DNA of 64,000 nt from Desulfatiglandales bacterium (GCA_963667015.2 CAXXJJ010000004.1:1280001-1344000), one strand, 5' to 3'; shown: positions 29,008 to 39,289, counted from the first letter of the stretch. Made by a program: numbers and translations. The notes: generated by a model from the sequence alone, not told the origin.

Positions 29008-29471
29008 GCCTGTCTGCATATTTCTTACTCTCAGGATCACGGGTTAAAATTCCTATTTCTTCGGGCCCTGATATCCCGAGTCCGATTTTTACGGCATGCT
29101 TCATCTGGTCCTGTTCAAATATTTTCCTTCCCATAATTGTACTGTTGGAACCCTGCTCCTTTAATACAGCAAGGCCTACCGCATCGATTGCAACCCTGTC
29201 GGTACCGGCAATAATTACATTTGCCTTTTTTCTTGTACCCTCCATTGGTCCGCCATCTGTAAAGATTTCAACACCATCCAGGACAATAAGCTGGGGTTTA
29301 TAGGCAAGATTGATTTCAGCTATCATCTTTCTCATATCAGGTGAGTTATGCAACCAGAGAAACAAATGACTTGTTTGACTTTTCATCTGCAGATAGAGGA
29401 ACCCCTGCAGAAACTCCTGCCATTCCAACCATTGAAAGATAAATAAATTCTCTCCTGTTAAAAAATACCAT
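28982..29471 (-). pseudogene. internally deleted Tat-exported DUF362-like Fe-S protein gene
   Basis: AGGAGG + ATG 29471 gives MVFFNRREFIYLSMVGMAGVSAGVPLSADEKSNKSFVSLVA* (Tat motif), joined out of frame to LHNSPDMRKMIAEIN...IVLDG...GGP...GTDRVAIDAVG (DUF362 C-terminal half). Confidence 0.7.
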
Positions 29472-29826
29472 GGGACATAGCCTCCTGTAGGGCATCATTT
29501 TTGCATATAAACCAATACTGAAATCCAGGCTAAGTATCGGTCAGTACTTTTTCAGTATTATATTTGACTGTACTGCCCAAGTCAATCGACTGGGACGAAT
29601 ATGCCTGTGGCACATGTAGCAGTTACCATAAAAATTGATACACGTTGTCAAAATGCATACATGTCAACCTTTTTGACAAAGGGAAAAAGCTGGGTTATAA
29701 ATAATGTCTCGAAAAACGGCAATTAAAACAATCTAACTTGAACTAATTAAGAATAAAATTCAATTGACAAGCATCACTAAAAGTTGTAATTTATCAAAAA
29801 TCCAAATAATTACAGGATATTCATCT

Positions 29827-30939
29827 ATGGAAAAGATAAAAGCACGTTTATTTTTAATATTGTTGTTCATTCTTGTTGCAGGATATCTCTGTTTCCCACT
29901 TACCGCATCAGCCGAAAAAATGACTCATACAGTCAAAAAGGGTGATACATTATGGGGTATCTGTGAACAGTATTATGGCGACAGCAGCCTGTGGCCAAAA
30001 TTATGGGAAATGAACAGTTTTGTTACAAACCCTCACCTTCTTTCCCCGGGCGATGTAATTACCCTGTTTGAAAAAACTCCGCAAAAGCCCCAGGAACCTG
30101 AGCCTGAACCGGAACCTGTCGTTGAACCGCCGCCTTTAATGGGTATTGATGTTGAAGGCATTATTCAAAACAGCAAAAGGATCGGCTTTTACACATCAAA
30201 TGAAATAGCCCCATTGGGAATGGTATATGCCGGAGCAAAAAAGGGATTGATCTTTGCCAAGGGCAGCACAGTATATGTTATTTTTGAAAATAATATAGAT
30301 GTTTCCATTGGCAGTGAATTTGCCGTTGGTAAAATAAGGCCTGTAAAGCACCCCCTTACTAATAAAAAAGCCGGTTTTGTCTTTGATGTCTCAGGAAGGA
30401 TCACAATAGAGAAAAAAGCGGGGATGAATTATATCAGAAAAGACGGCAGTACCAGTGAAAAAGAGAACTCATACCAGGCCAAAATATTTGAATCCTATGA
30501 ACCTATAGAAATCGGCGACTATCTAATGCCTGTGAACAATATTTCACGCTGCATTCTTCCATCATCAGGCAATGGTGATATCCTTGCCAATATAGTTACA
30601 GGGGCAAATAAACAGAATCTTATCCATAAATACAGCATAGTATATATGGATAAGGGGCATGATGCAGGAGTAAAAAAAGGGAATGTTTTTGAAATTTGTG
30701 AGAAAAATATAGTTACAGATCCGAAACCTGAAGAAAACCTTACATTTTTTAAAAAACAGGTCATTCTTCCTGACCGTGTTCTCGGCAGCATACTCGTGAT
30801 CGATACATATCCTGACTCTGCAACAGCCCTTGTTATAACAGCTACAGAACCAATTGAACCGGGCGCATATTTAAAAAACTTATCGTGGACAGAAACACCT
30901 GATTTTATATCAGATAAAGCAACCTGTCCAATTGAGTAA
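29827..30939 (+). CDS. LysM peptidoglycan-binding protein (TsaP-like)
   Basis: Signal peptide, HTVKKGDTLWGI...LWPKLW...NPHLLSPGD, Pro/Glu linker; immediately upstream of dprA. Confidence 0.82.
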   Translation: MEKIKARLFLILLFILVAGYLCFPLTASAEKMTHTVKKGDTLWGICEQYYGDSSLWPKLWEMNSFVTNPHLLSPGDVITLFEKTPQKPQEPEPEPEPVVEPPPLMGIDVEGIIQNSKRIGFYTSNEIAPLGMVYAGAKKGLIFAKGSTVYVIFENNIDVSIGSEFAVGKIRPVKHPLTNKKAGFVFDVSGRITIEKKAGMNYIRKDGSTSEKENSYQAKIFESYEPIEIGDYLMPVNNISRCILPSSGNGDILANIVTGANKQNLIHKYSIVYMDKGHDAGVKKGNVFEICEKNIVTDPKPEENLTFFKKQVILPDRVLGSILVIDTYPDSATALVITATEPIEPGAYLKNLSWTETPDFISDKATCPIE

Positions 30940-31026
30940 AAAAAGAACTTTAAGAAAAAACTTGACTATTAATAACAGCTCTGTTGTATATTCCCGCCGT
31001 ATTCTAATCTAACTGGGTTAACTTTA

Positions 31027-32130
31027 ATGTCTTTATGGTCAGATAAAAGATGCTACTGGATAGCCCTGTCCGGGGTAAAAGGTATGGGCAATGTTACGCT
31101 CAAAAACCTTTTAATGAAATTTGGAAACCCCGAAAAAATATTAGATTCCTCCATATCCGAACTTTCTAAAGTGGATGGGATTCGAAGGGATACAGTTCAG
31201 AATATTGCAAATAAAAACTTTAAGACTGACCCTTCTGATGAGATAAAAAAGATAGAATCATGTGGTGCAAGAATCGTCACATTTAATGATCCCGAATACC
31301 CTGCACCATTAAAGGAAATTCATGATCCGCCGATGATCCTTTATATAAAAGGAGCCGAGATCCCGCAAAATAAGATCTTTGTGGCAATAGTCGGATCGAG
31401 GAATGCAACCCATTACGGGTTAAAGGCTGCCGAAGAATTCGGGCAGGGAATTGCCAGGCGCGGCCTCGGTGTAGTAAGCGGTATGGCGCTTGGTATAGAT
31501 GCAGCTTCGCACTGGGGATGCCTCTCAGGCAAGGGACCGACAATCGGTGTCCTGGGAACAGGTATTGATATAATTTACCCAGGTCAAAACAGAAAGCTGT
31601 TTGAAAAAATAATTGAAAGCGGGACACTTATAACGGAATTTCCTGTGGGAACCACCCCTTCCCCGTCAAATTTTCCTAAAAGGAACAGGATTATCAGCGG
31701 GTTAAGCAGGGGCGTTCTGGTGGTTGAAGCCACAAAGAACAGCGGCTCTCTGATAACCGCATCGATCGCATTAGAACAGGGAAGAGATGTATATGCTATT
31801 CCCGGCAGCATTGAATCATTTAAAAGCAGGGGTTGTCATTTTCTGATAAAAAATGGTGCAATGCTGGCAGAAAATGCTGATGATATAATGGAATCACTCG
31901 GCATGAATTATCCCGGCATGGTAAAATCCGATACCTTTATTAAAAAGGAACTGCCGGAGATAAGCGACATTGAAAAAATGATATATGATATCATAGGTGA
32001 TTATCCAATGCACATTGATCAGATTCAAAAGAAAGGCAATATCGGTTCAGGAGACCTTTCAGGGATATTAACAAAAATGGAGCTTAAGGGCATAATAAAA
32101 CAGTTACCCGGCAAAATGTTTGTGAGATAA
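31027..32130 (+). CDS. dprA: DNA-processing protein DprA
   Basis: YPAPLKEIHDPP, VAIVGSR, VSGMALGID, FPKRNRIISGLS, VVEA...SGSLITA. Confidence 0.96.
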   Translation: MSLWSDKRCYWIALSGVKGMGNVTLKNLLMKFGNPEKILDSSISELSKVDGIRRDTVQNIANKNFKTDPSDEIKKIESCGARIVTFNDPEYPAPLKEIHDPPMILYIKGAEIPQNKIFVAIVGSRNATHYGLKAAEEFGQGIARRGLGVVSGMALGIDAASHWGCLSGKGPTIGVLGTGIDIIYPGQNRKLFEKIIESGTLITEFPVGTTPSPSNFPKRNRIISGLSRGVLVVEATKNSGSLITASIALEQGRDVYAIPGSIESFKSRGCHFLIKNGAMLAENADDIMESLGMNYPGMVKSDTFIKKELPEISDIEKMIYDIIGDYPMHIDQIQKKGNIGSGDLSGILTKMELKGIIKQLPGKMFVR

Positions 32131-32184
32131 ACAGCTCCTTTTTATGCCCCGGTAAATTTTTAATATAAATACAAAACAGAGAAT

Positions 32185-34782
32185 ATGGAAGAAACAACAC
32201 AGAACAGTACCCAAAAAAACAGCAGAGGAAGGCAGTCGGGAAAACAACTTGTAATAGTAGAGTCTCCTGCCAAGGCACGAACAATAAATAAATACCTGGG
32301 AAAAGAGTATCTTGTAATGGCCTCGGTAGGCCATGTGAGGGACCTGCCCGGCAAAAATCCAAAGGGTGTCAAAAATCCTGTACCGGGTGTGGATCTTGAA
32401 AATAACTTTGAGCCTACCTATCAGGTTATCAAAGGTAAAGGGACAACTGTCAAGGAATTGAAGAAAGCAGCAAAGGCTGCCTCAGGTATCTGGCTCGCAA
32501 CAGACCTCGACCGTGAAGGGGAAGCCATAGCGTGGCATCTTGCCGAGGCACTGGATATTGATCTAAGCGATGCCAAACGAGTCGTCTTTAATGCAATAAC
32601 AAAAAAAGAGATTGAAAAGGCATTTAGCAACCCTCAGAGTATTGACATGGACAAGGTCAATGCCCAGCAGGCAAGACGAATACTTGACCGGATAGTAGGG
32701 TATCAGGTTTCGCCCCTTCTCTGGAGAAAGGTTGCAGGCGGGCTTTCTGCAGGCAGAGTTCAGTCAGTAGCCGTAAGACTGCTTGTGGAAAGGGAAAGAG
32801 AGATAGAGGCATTCATCCCCGATGAGTACTGGAAAATCACGGGATACTTCACAACAGATCTTTCAGATTGGGGGACTCTGGGTGAAAAGCTTAAAAAATG
32901 GCTTGATAAATCTCCACCCAAGGTCAAGGGCAGATTAACAGGAAGAACAATAGATGAAAAGAACCAGTGGTTGTCTGACCGTGAGAGTTTTACAGCGGAA
33001 TTGATCGAGGTCAACGGGGAAAAATTCAAACCTGATAATTTCAGGGATGCCCTTAAAACAGCGGAAAAAGCAGGATTTATACTTGATATAAAGGAAGAAG
33101 AAGATAGTCCTGATAAAAACAGCAAAAACGGTAAGTTGATAATTCTTAAGGGGCACATTGAAAAAGGCCCCAAATGGAACATTAAATCCATACAGACCAA
33201 ACGCACTAAAAACAGGGCAAACGCGCCTTTTATCACAAGCACACTTCAGCAGGCAGCGGTTAATCAGCTCGGGTTTACCACCCAGACAACCATGCGGACT
33301 GCTCAGGCCCTTTATGAAGGAATTGAAATAGGCAGTCTGGGTTCGGTCGGTCTTATCACATATATGAGAACAGATTCTACCCATCTCTCTCCGGATGCTA
33401 TCGCCATGTCCAGAGAGTTTATACAGAATACATACGGTGAAAAATATCTGCCCTCAAAGCCGAACTATTTCACATCCTCCAACAAATCTGCACAGGAAGC
33501 CCATGAGGCCATAAGACCGACGGATGTGACGCTTACACCGGACAAGATAAAATCATCCCTGACAGATCAACAGTACAAGCTGTACAAAATAATCTGGGCC
33601 AGGTTTGTAGCATGCCAGATGAATGAGGCGGAATGGGATTACACAACAGTTCTTATATCAGGCTCAGATGCAAAAGATGAGCTGATATTCAAAACAACAG
33701 GAAGAGTGCTGATATTCGACGGCTATTACAGGGTTACAGGGGTACCTAATCATTCTGACGAAGCCACGCTGCCCTTACTTAAAGAGGACCAGGAGATTTC
33801 AGCCTTTCATATGGAGCCGGCTCAATACTTTACATCTCCTCCTCCCCGATATACAGAGGCATCAATTGTTAAAAAAATGGAAGCCGAAGGTATTGGACGT
33901 CCGAGCACATATTCGCAGATAATCCAGGTTATCCAGAACAGGAAATATTCAGAAAAGATCAAGAACCGTTTCTATGCAACAGACCTTGGAAAGGTAGTAA
34001 CCGATAAGCTGATCGAGGCATTCCCTGATATCCTGGAGGTAGGTTATACAAGGGATATGGAACAGAAGCTGGATGATATAGCTGAAAAGCATGCCGACTG
34101 GGTACAGATGCTCAAGGATTTCTATGGTCCATTCAAAAAAGATCTTGATACTGCCTATAATGACATGAATCACGCAAAGGCCGAAACGGAACCGGCACCG
34201 CATACATGTCCCCAGTGCGGGAGCGGGACTGTCTACCGCTTTGGACGAAACGGCAGGTTTTTAAGCTGTGCAAGCTACCCGGAATGTAAATATGCAGCAC
34301 CTATTGACCGCAACGGGAATCCGGCAGTACCGGAACAGACTGATATCGCCTGCCCCAAGTGCGGAGACCCAATGCTCATGAAGAAAGGCCGTTACGGGCC
34401 GTTCCTGAGCTGCCCCAAATACCCTGAATGCGACGGAATACTCAACCTGGATAAAAAGGGGCATATAAGTCCTCCAAAGGTACCGCCGCTGTTAACTGAC
34501 CTCAAGTGTCCTAAATGTGAAGCTGACATGAATATCAGGAGAGGTGCACGCGGTCCCTGGCTCAGCTGCTCAAGATTCCCAAAATGCAGGGGAAGGCTTG
34601 GATGGGCTCCACTGGATGACAAGACAAAAAAATACTGGGAAAAAGCACTGGATGAACATGAGATGAAAAATCCTCAGCCTGTTATTAAAAATCTCTCTGG
34701 TGACCCAATAGGAGAGAACTACACACCCAGGATGGAAAGCATCACGCAGGATGAAGCCAATTCAGGCCAGGATTCAAAGTAG
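32185..34782 (+). CDS. topA: DNA topoisomerase I
   Basis: LVIVESPAKA, ATDLDREGEAI, SAGRVQS, LITYMRTDS, QEAHEAIRPT, GIGRPSTY; C-terminal Zn ribbons. Confidence 0.96.
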   Translation: MEETTQNSTQKNSRGRQSGKQLVIVESPAKARTINKYLGKEYLVMASVGHVRDLPGKNPKGVKNPVPGVDLENNFEPTYQVIKGKGTTVKELKKAAKAASGIWLATDLDREGEAIAWHLAEALDIDLSDAKRVVFNAITKKEIEKAFSNPQSIDMDKVNAQQARRILDRIVGYQVSPLLWRKVAGGLSAGRVQSVAVRLLVEREREIEAFIPDEYWKITGYFTTDLSDWGTLGEKLKKWLDKSPPKVKGRLTGRTIDEKNQWLSDRESFTAELIEVNGEKFKPDNFRDALKTAEKAGFILDIKEEEDSPDKNSKNGKLIILKGHIEKGPKWNIKSIQTKRTKNRANAPFITSTLQQAAVNQLGFTTQTTMRTAQALYEGIEIGSLGSVGLITYMRTDSTHLSPDAIAMSREFIQNTYGEKYLPSKPNYFTSSNKSAQEAHEAIRPTDVTLTPDKIKSSLTDQQYKLYKIIWARFVACQMNEAEWDYTTVLISGSDAKDELIFKTTGRVLIFDGYYRVTGVPNHSDEATLPLLKEDQEISAFHMEPAQYFTSPPPRYTEASIVKKMEAEGIGRPSTYSQIIQVIQNRKYSEKIKNRFYATDLGKVVTDKLIEAFPDILEVGYTRDMEQKLDDIAEKHADWVQMLKDFYGPFKKDLDTAYNDMNHAKAETEPAPHTCPQCGSGTVYRFGRNGRFLSCASYPECKYAAPIDRNGNPAVPEQTDIACPKCGDPMLMKKGRYGPFLSCPKYPECDGILNLDKKGHISPPKVPPLLTDLKCPKCEADMNIRRGARGPWLSCSRFPKCRGRLGWAPLDDKTKKYWEKALDEHEMKNPQPVIKNLSGDPIGENYTPRMESITQDEANSGQDSK

Positions 34783-34791
34783 AAGATTCAG

Positions 34792-35427
34792 GTGGATATT
34801 GAGTACATAAAGAAAACAGCAAAGGAGATTACCTCCAGATCAAGCGGGAGTCATGACTGGTATCATACAAAACGGGTTTATGACCTTTGCATGAAGATTG
34901 GAAAGGCAGAGGGCGCAGACCTCGAGGTCCTTGGAATAGCCGCCTACCTCCATGATATCGGACGTCCCTTCCAGGATATGGCAAAAGGAAAGGTCTGCCA
35001 CGCGGAAAAAGGGGCAGAGCTAGCGAGTGAAATTCTTTCAAAAACAAACCTCTCTTCGGAACGAAAAAATAATATCATTCATTCCATAAGGACACACCGG
35101 TTCAGGGGAAATGGCAGGCCTGAAACACTGGAAGCCCGGGTATTGTTTGACGCCGACAAACTTGATTCAATCGGTGCGGTTGGAATCGGCAGAGCCTTCC
35201 TCTTTGCAGGAGAGGTAGGGGCAACCCTTCACAACCCTGACCTGGCCCCGGAAGATTGTGAATCCTATACGATAAATGATACATGCTACAGGGAATACAG
35301 AATCAAACTTATAAAGGTAAAGGACCGGATTCTTACAAAGGAAGGATACAGGATAGCACTTGAAAGACATAGATTCATGGAGCTTTTCTTTGAAAGGTTC
35401 TTAATGGAGCACAGTGGTTCTATCTAG
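34792..35427 (+). CDS. HD domain phosphohydrolase
   Basis: SHDWYHTKRV, LHDIGR, HAEKGA, DADKLDSIGAVGIGR. Confidence 0.85.
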   Translation: MDIEYIKKTAKEITSRSSGSHDWYHTKRVYDLCMKIGKAEGADLEVLGIAAYLHDIGRPFQDMAKGKVCHAEKGAELASEILSKTNLSSERKNNIIHSIRTHRFRGNGRPETLEARVLFDADKLDSIGAVGIGRAFLFAGEVGATLHNPDLAPEDCESYTINDTCYREYRIKLIKVKDRILTKEGYRIALERHRFMELFFERFLMEHSGSI

Positions 35428-35524
35428 CACTTTTTGTCTTCTTTACTCATTTTTAACCGAAAATCACTTCGTCAGCCTTATAAAATATTGCAACAATTTC
35501 AAACTTTTACACAACCTATTTATT

Positions 35525-35586
35525 TTGTGAAAAATGGAACAATTTCATCTTGACATGGTTTTCGCCAACTGTTAGAAAATTCACGG
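35525..35586 (+). promoter_or_regulatory. sat promoter with Rex-like operators
   Basis: TTGTGAAAAATGGAACAA (35525-35542), TTGACA (35550-35555), and a second weaker site CTGTTAGAAAATTCACGG (35569-35586) over the -10. Confidence 0.55.
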
Positions 35587-35709
35587 TTAAATTTAAATTA
35601 GTTATAATGACCGGTCCAGTAGCTGTAGATATTATCCGGTCGATGTTATGATTTTTTGGTGTAAAATATAAAGAAGTAAAACCTAAATAATAACCAGGAG
35701 GAAGAAATC

Positions 35710-36900
35710 ATGATTAAACCACATGGATCGGATACACTTATTCCGCTATATGTAATGGACGAAAACGAACGCGCCTCTCTTCTTAAAGAGGCAGAAGGTC
35801 TCCCTTCAATCCTTATCTCTTCAGCAGCAGCCGGTAACGCAGTTATGCTTGGTGGTGGATATTTCACACCCCTCACAGGCTACATGAATGTTGCAGATGC
35901 CATGAGCGTTGCAGAAAAAATGCAGACAACCAGCGGCCTTTTCTGGCCCACCCCAGTTATCAATGTTGTTGAAGATGCTTCTGCAATCAAAGACGCTAAG
36001 AAGATTGCCCTGAAAGATCCCAATGTTGAAGGTAATCCTATTATAGCAATACAGGAAGTAGAAGCCATCGAAGAGATCAGCGCTGATCAGATGAAGTTCA
36101 TGACAGAACAGATCTACCGCACCGACGATATGGAGCACCCCGGGGTAAAGGCGTTCAACAGTGTTGGTAACATAGCGATATCAGGTCCCATCAAGGTTCT
36201 CAACTACTCTTACTTTGAGAAAGATTTTGTCGGCACATACAAGACCGCCTATGAAATCAGGGATGAAATGGCAAAAATGGGATGGGAAAAGGTAGTTGCT
36301 TTTCAGACAAGAAACCCCATGCATCTTGCCCACGAAGAACTCTGCAGAATGGCCTACAAGGCAGAAAATGCAGACGGTATCCTTATCCACATGCTCCTTG
36401 GAAAACTGAAACCCGGCGATATTCCAGCTGACGTTCGTGATGCAGCTATCAGGAAGATGGTTGAGGTATATTTTGAGCCCAATACCGTTCTGGTTACAGG
36501 CTATGGTTTTGATATGCTCTATGCCGGCCCGAGAGAAGCTGTTCTCCATGCCGTATTTCGTCAGAACTGCGGTTGTACAACCCTTATCGTCGGACGTGAC
36601 CACGCCGGTGTAGGTGATTATTACGGTCCATTTGATGCTCAGACCATTTTCGATGATATACCGGAAGGCGCACTGGAAATCGGTATTTTCAAGGCTGATC
36701 ATACTGCATGGTCAAAGAAACTTGATAAGGTTGTTATGATGAAGGACGTTCCTGATCATACACCTGATGATTTTATACTTCTTTCAGGTACGAAGGTAAG
36801 GACAATGCTCTCAAACGGAGAAGCTCCTCCAAAGGAATTCTCACGTCCTGAAGTAGCAAAGATACTCATGGATTACTATCAGTCTCTGCCAAAGGACTAA
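35710..36900 (+). CDS. sat: sulfate adenylyltransferase (ATP sulfurylase)
   Basis: IKPHG, VAFQTRNPMHLAHEEL, MLYAGPREAVLHA, IVGRDHAGVG, LSGTKVR, FSRPEV. Confidence 0.97.
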   Translation: MIKPHGSDTLIPLYVMDENERASLLKEAEGLPSILISSAAAGNAVMLGGGYFTPLTGYMNVADAMSVAEKMQTTSGLFWPTPVINVVEDASAIKDAKKIALKDPNVEGNPIIAIQEVEAIEEISADQMKFMTEQIYRTDDMEHPGVKAFNSVGNIAISGPIKVLNYSYFEKDFVGTYKTAYEIRDEMAKMGWEKVVAFQTRNPMHLAHEELCRMAYKAENADGILIHMLLGKLKPGDIPADVRDAAIRKMVEVYFEPNTVLVTGYGFDMLYAGPREAVLHAVFRQNCGCTTLIVGRDHAGVGDYYGPFDAQTIFDDIPEGALEIGIFKADHTAWSKKLDKVVMMKDVPDHTPDDFILLSGTKVRTMLSNGEAPPKEFSRPEVAKILMDYYQSLPKD

Positions 36901-36925
36901 TATAGATCCATATCCATAATAAGTT

Positions 36926-36962
36926 AAAACGCCCGTCTCATATGAGATGGGCGTTTTGTTTT
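36926..36962 (+). terminator. sat intrinsic terminator
   Basis: AAAACGCCCGTCTCA-TA-TGAGATGGGCGTTTT followed by GTTTT. Confidence 0.85.
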
Positions 36963-37045
36963 GCATAACCTGTTGTTCCTGCTTGACCGTTTTTATCCCC
37001 TGATATATTTAAAAGACCTTTTTAACATTCAATTAAAGGCAGCAT

Positions 37046-37804
37046 ATGAATACAAGCACACACCTTGCTCATTATTATCGATATCACTGGGAAGAGCCCG
37101 ATCTTATTGTCGTGACAGGCGAAGCAGGCGAGATATGGAAGGGTTATGACTCCTATTGTAAACGTTACGGAATACCCAAATCCGATCAGGAAAGCATTAT
37201 AATGCTTGGACGCCTGTTCGCCGCAGCAGGTCTCGCAGCGGTCTCACTTCCGGAGCCCGAATACTGGGGCTGGTCGGTAACTTTTCCTGAATCTTCAACA
37301 GGACTTTTCTGCGGAGTCGAACCAAACGGCATGATGTGTGGTACAGTACTCAAGAGTGATCTGTCAAAAAATCTCGTAGCAGTACAGAGGCAGGCAAAAA
37401 ATTCACCTGTGACACAAAGCCGCTTTTCACTTATTACACATGATCCGGTTGAGGCAATTGAACGGTATTTTGAGGAGTCCGACCAGACCCTTATACGCAT
37501 CGCCGTTGACAGTAAGGGAAGAGGAGTCCTGCTGCGTCCCCTGCCCGGTGGAAACTTCGAAAAAATAGACGGCCTTGCCGATAATGAGATTATAGCACAT
37601 TGTTTTGGTATGGCTTCAGGGGGTGAATTTAAAATACTGGAGGAGGTTCTTCTGTTTTATGAATGCCCCTGCGACCTTCAGCAGATAGCCAGGATGATCG
37701 ACTCCCTGCCTGATGACCAGCAGAAGGAACTCTGGGGAGATCTCGACAATCTTGAGGTGTCCTGTCCCCGCTGCGGAAGAAAGTATAGGGTTAATCGTGA
37801 ATAG
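37046..37804 (+). CDS. Hsp33-like protein
   Basis: YFEESDQ...LRPLPG and C-terminal CPC...CPRC zinc motif; N-terminus divergent. Confidence 0.6.
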   Translation: MNTSTHLAHYYRYHWEEPDLIVVTGEAGEIWKGYDSYCKRYGIPKSDQESIIMLGRLFAAAGLAAVSLPEPEYWGWSVTFPESSTGLFCGVEPNGMMCGTVLKSDLSKNLVAVQRQAKNSPVTQSRFSLITHDPVEAIERYFEESDQTLIRIAVDSKGRGVLLRPLPGGNFEKIDGLADNEIIAHCFGMASGGEFKILEEVLLFYECPCDLQQIARMIDSLPDDQQKELWGDLDNLEVSCPRCGRKYRVNRE

Positions 37805-38037
37805 GAATTAGAAAAAAAGAAATCCACATTATTTTAAATAATTATGGTAAATCTTTTAACTTACTGAATTATAAAAGGTAATCTTATTCCGGGATTGATT
37901 TTTCACTTCCCGGAATGCCGTTATTCTCTCCAAAGCAACACCTTTATCTTATTTGTAGCTGCTTGGATCAGAAGATGCATGTGCATCCGAGAAGCAATTT
38001 TTCCTCGTGACTGTTAAATCTGCCCATTAAATACTGA

Positions 38038-38232
38038 TCAATGCTGGTTCATAACGGTTTCAGCTTTTGTCTCAAGCAGCATATCCTTTATGCGAATGAG
38101 AACAAGTCTTTGTTTATCCTGGGATAAACCAATTGTTTTCTCAAAGGCAGAGACCACCGCCTCAACCCCCATATTAAATGCCTTATCAATGTCATCCTTT
38201 AAATAGATATGTTCAGGTATATCTTTATTCAT
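38038..38232 (-). CDS. small hypothetical protein (64 aa)
   Basis: RBS TAAGGAG, helical-looking sequence, candidate sigma54 promoter upstream. Confidence 0.65.
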   Translation of the reverse strand: MNKDIPEHIYLKDDIDKAFNMGVEAVVSAFEKTIGLSQDKQRLVLIRIKDMLLETKAETVMNQH

Positions 38233-38269
38233 GACTATTTCTCCTTAAAGGTGGGATATGTGCAGATGC

Positions 38270-38460
38270 TACAAACTTCATGCCAAAGCGTTCATTGGCA
38301 ATGCAATAAATCATGGCACGTGAAGAGGCAGGACTGATAGGCATTTCAAGTGTGTGCTTCCAATAGGTTTACTCCTGACTTCTATTCGCCGTAGTAAAAA
38401 ATAATGATTTTTGCACCCTTTAGTGTGCGTAACTGCACTGTTTTATGTGCAGAATCCGGT
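38270..38460 (-). promoter_or_regulatory. candidate sigma54 promoter with phased enhancer sites
   Basis: Minus strand TTGGCATGAAGTTTGTA (38286-38270). Palindrome GTGC-GTAACT-GCAC (38425-38438) flanked by half-sites at 22-bp spacing. Confidence 0.5.
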
Positions 38461-38807
38461 TTTTAATACACTATTAATATTTCAGATATTTTATCTGAGA
38501 AAGCACCCATGGGCTGAGGGAAGCCTTAGGATCTCCAAGTTTTTTCACCAGGGATTCCAGGGATGAAATAGAGTAATGTTCACCCTGTTTTAATTACCAT
38601 TCCTCTGCCCATCAACTGCAAAATATGTGCTTTTTTTACCTGTATTCATCAAATATTTCTTGTTTTTTGATTAATTACGCCCAGGATTAAAAATAAAATA
38701 AATAACTTGATTAATTTCAAGAGTTAATTAATAATCCCGCCATGTCCCAGTTTGACTGTTATTTAGTCAACTACAGTATTTTAGGTTTTACAGAAAGGAA
38801 TTAAAGA

Positions 38808-39212
38808 ATGAAATTAACGATAAAAATGCTAACTATTATTACACTTCTTGTTACCGTGATATCATGTGTCACTACTACACCAGTTGTCCTCCCCGAGAAA
38901 TACAACCTTGATAATGATCTTAAGGCAGTTAGCCGAGTATCAACAGTAAGGGTATCAAATTGGGATCAGGTGGACGATCAGTCTGTTATGTTCACTGCCA
39001 ATGGAGGCAAATGTTATTTACTTATCTTAGACAGAGCACTGGAAGCAATGGATTCTAAAATAGGTCTTATGGGAAACAGCTCCAGTATCCAGGCCGGAAC
39101 TGATAAAATTTACATAGGTTCTTCTTCCAACAAGCGATTTTATACAATAGAAAAAATATATGAGTTTGATGGATATGACCAGGCAAAAAAAATCAAAGAA
39201 CGGCTTAAATAG
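38808..39212 (+). CDS. putative lipoprotein
   Basis: Signal peptide with lipobox VISC; RBS GAAAGGA. Confidence 0.7.
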   Translation: MKLTIKMLTIITLLVTVISCVTTTPVVLPEKYNLDNDLKAVSRVSTVRVSNWDQVDDQSVMFTANGGKCYLLILDRALEAMDSKIGLMGNSSSIQAGTDKIYIGSSSNKRFYTIEKIYEFDGYDQAKKIKERLK

Positions 39213-39250
39213 CAATATAAATGAAAAATTAAGGGACATAAATTAGACTG

Positions 39251-39289
39251 GCTATATGGCTCTTTGTTATTTTAAAAGAGCCATATAGC
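39251..39289. terminator. hairpin between convergent genes
   Basis: GCTATATGGCTCTTT...AAAGAGCCATATAGC 15-bp inverted repeat. Confidence 0.7.

Noticed and set aside
29645..29679. TGTCAA/TTGACA inverted repeats upstream of the LysM gene
   Set aside because: Explainable as back-to-back -35 elements of divergent promoters; no independent support for an operator.
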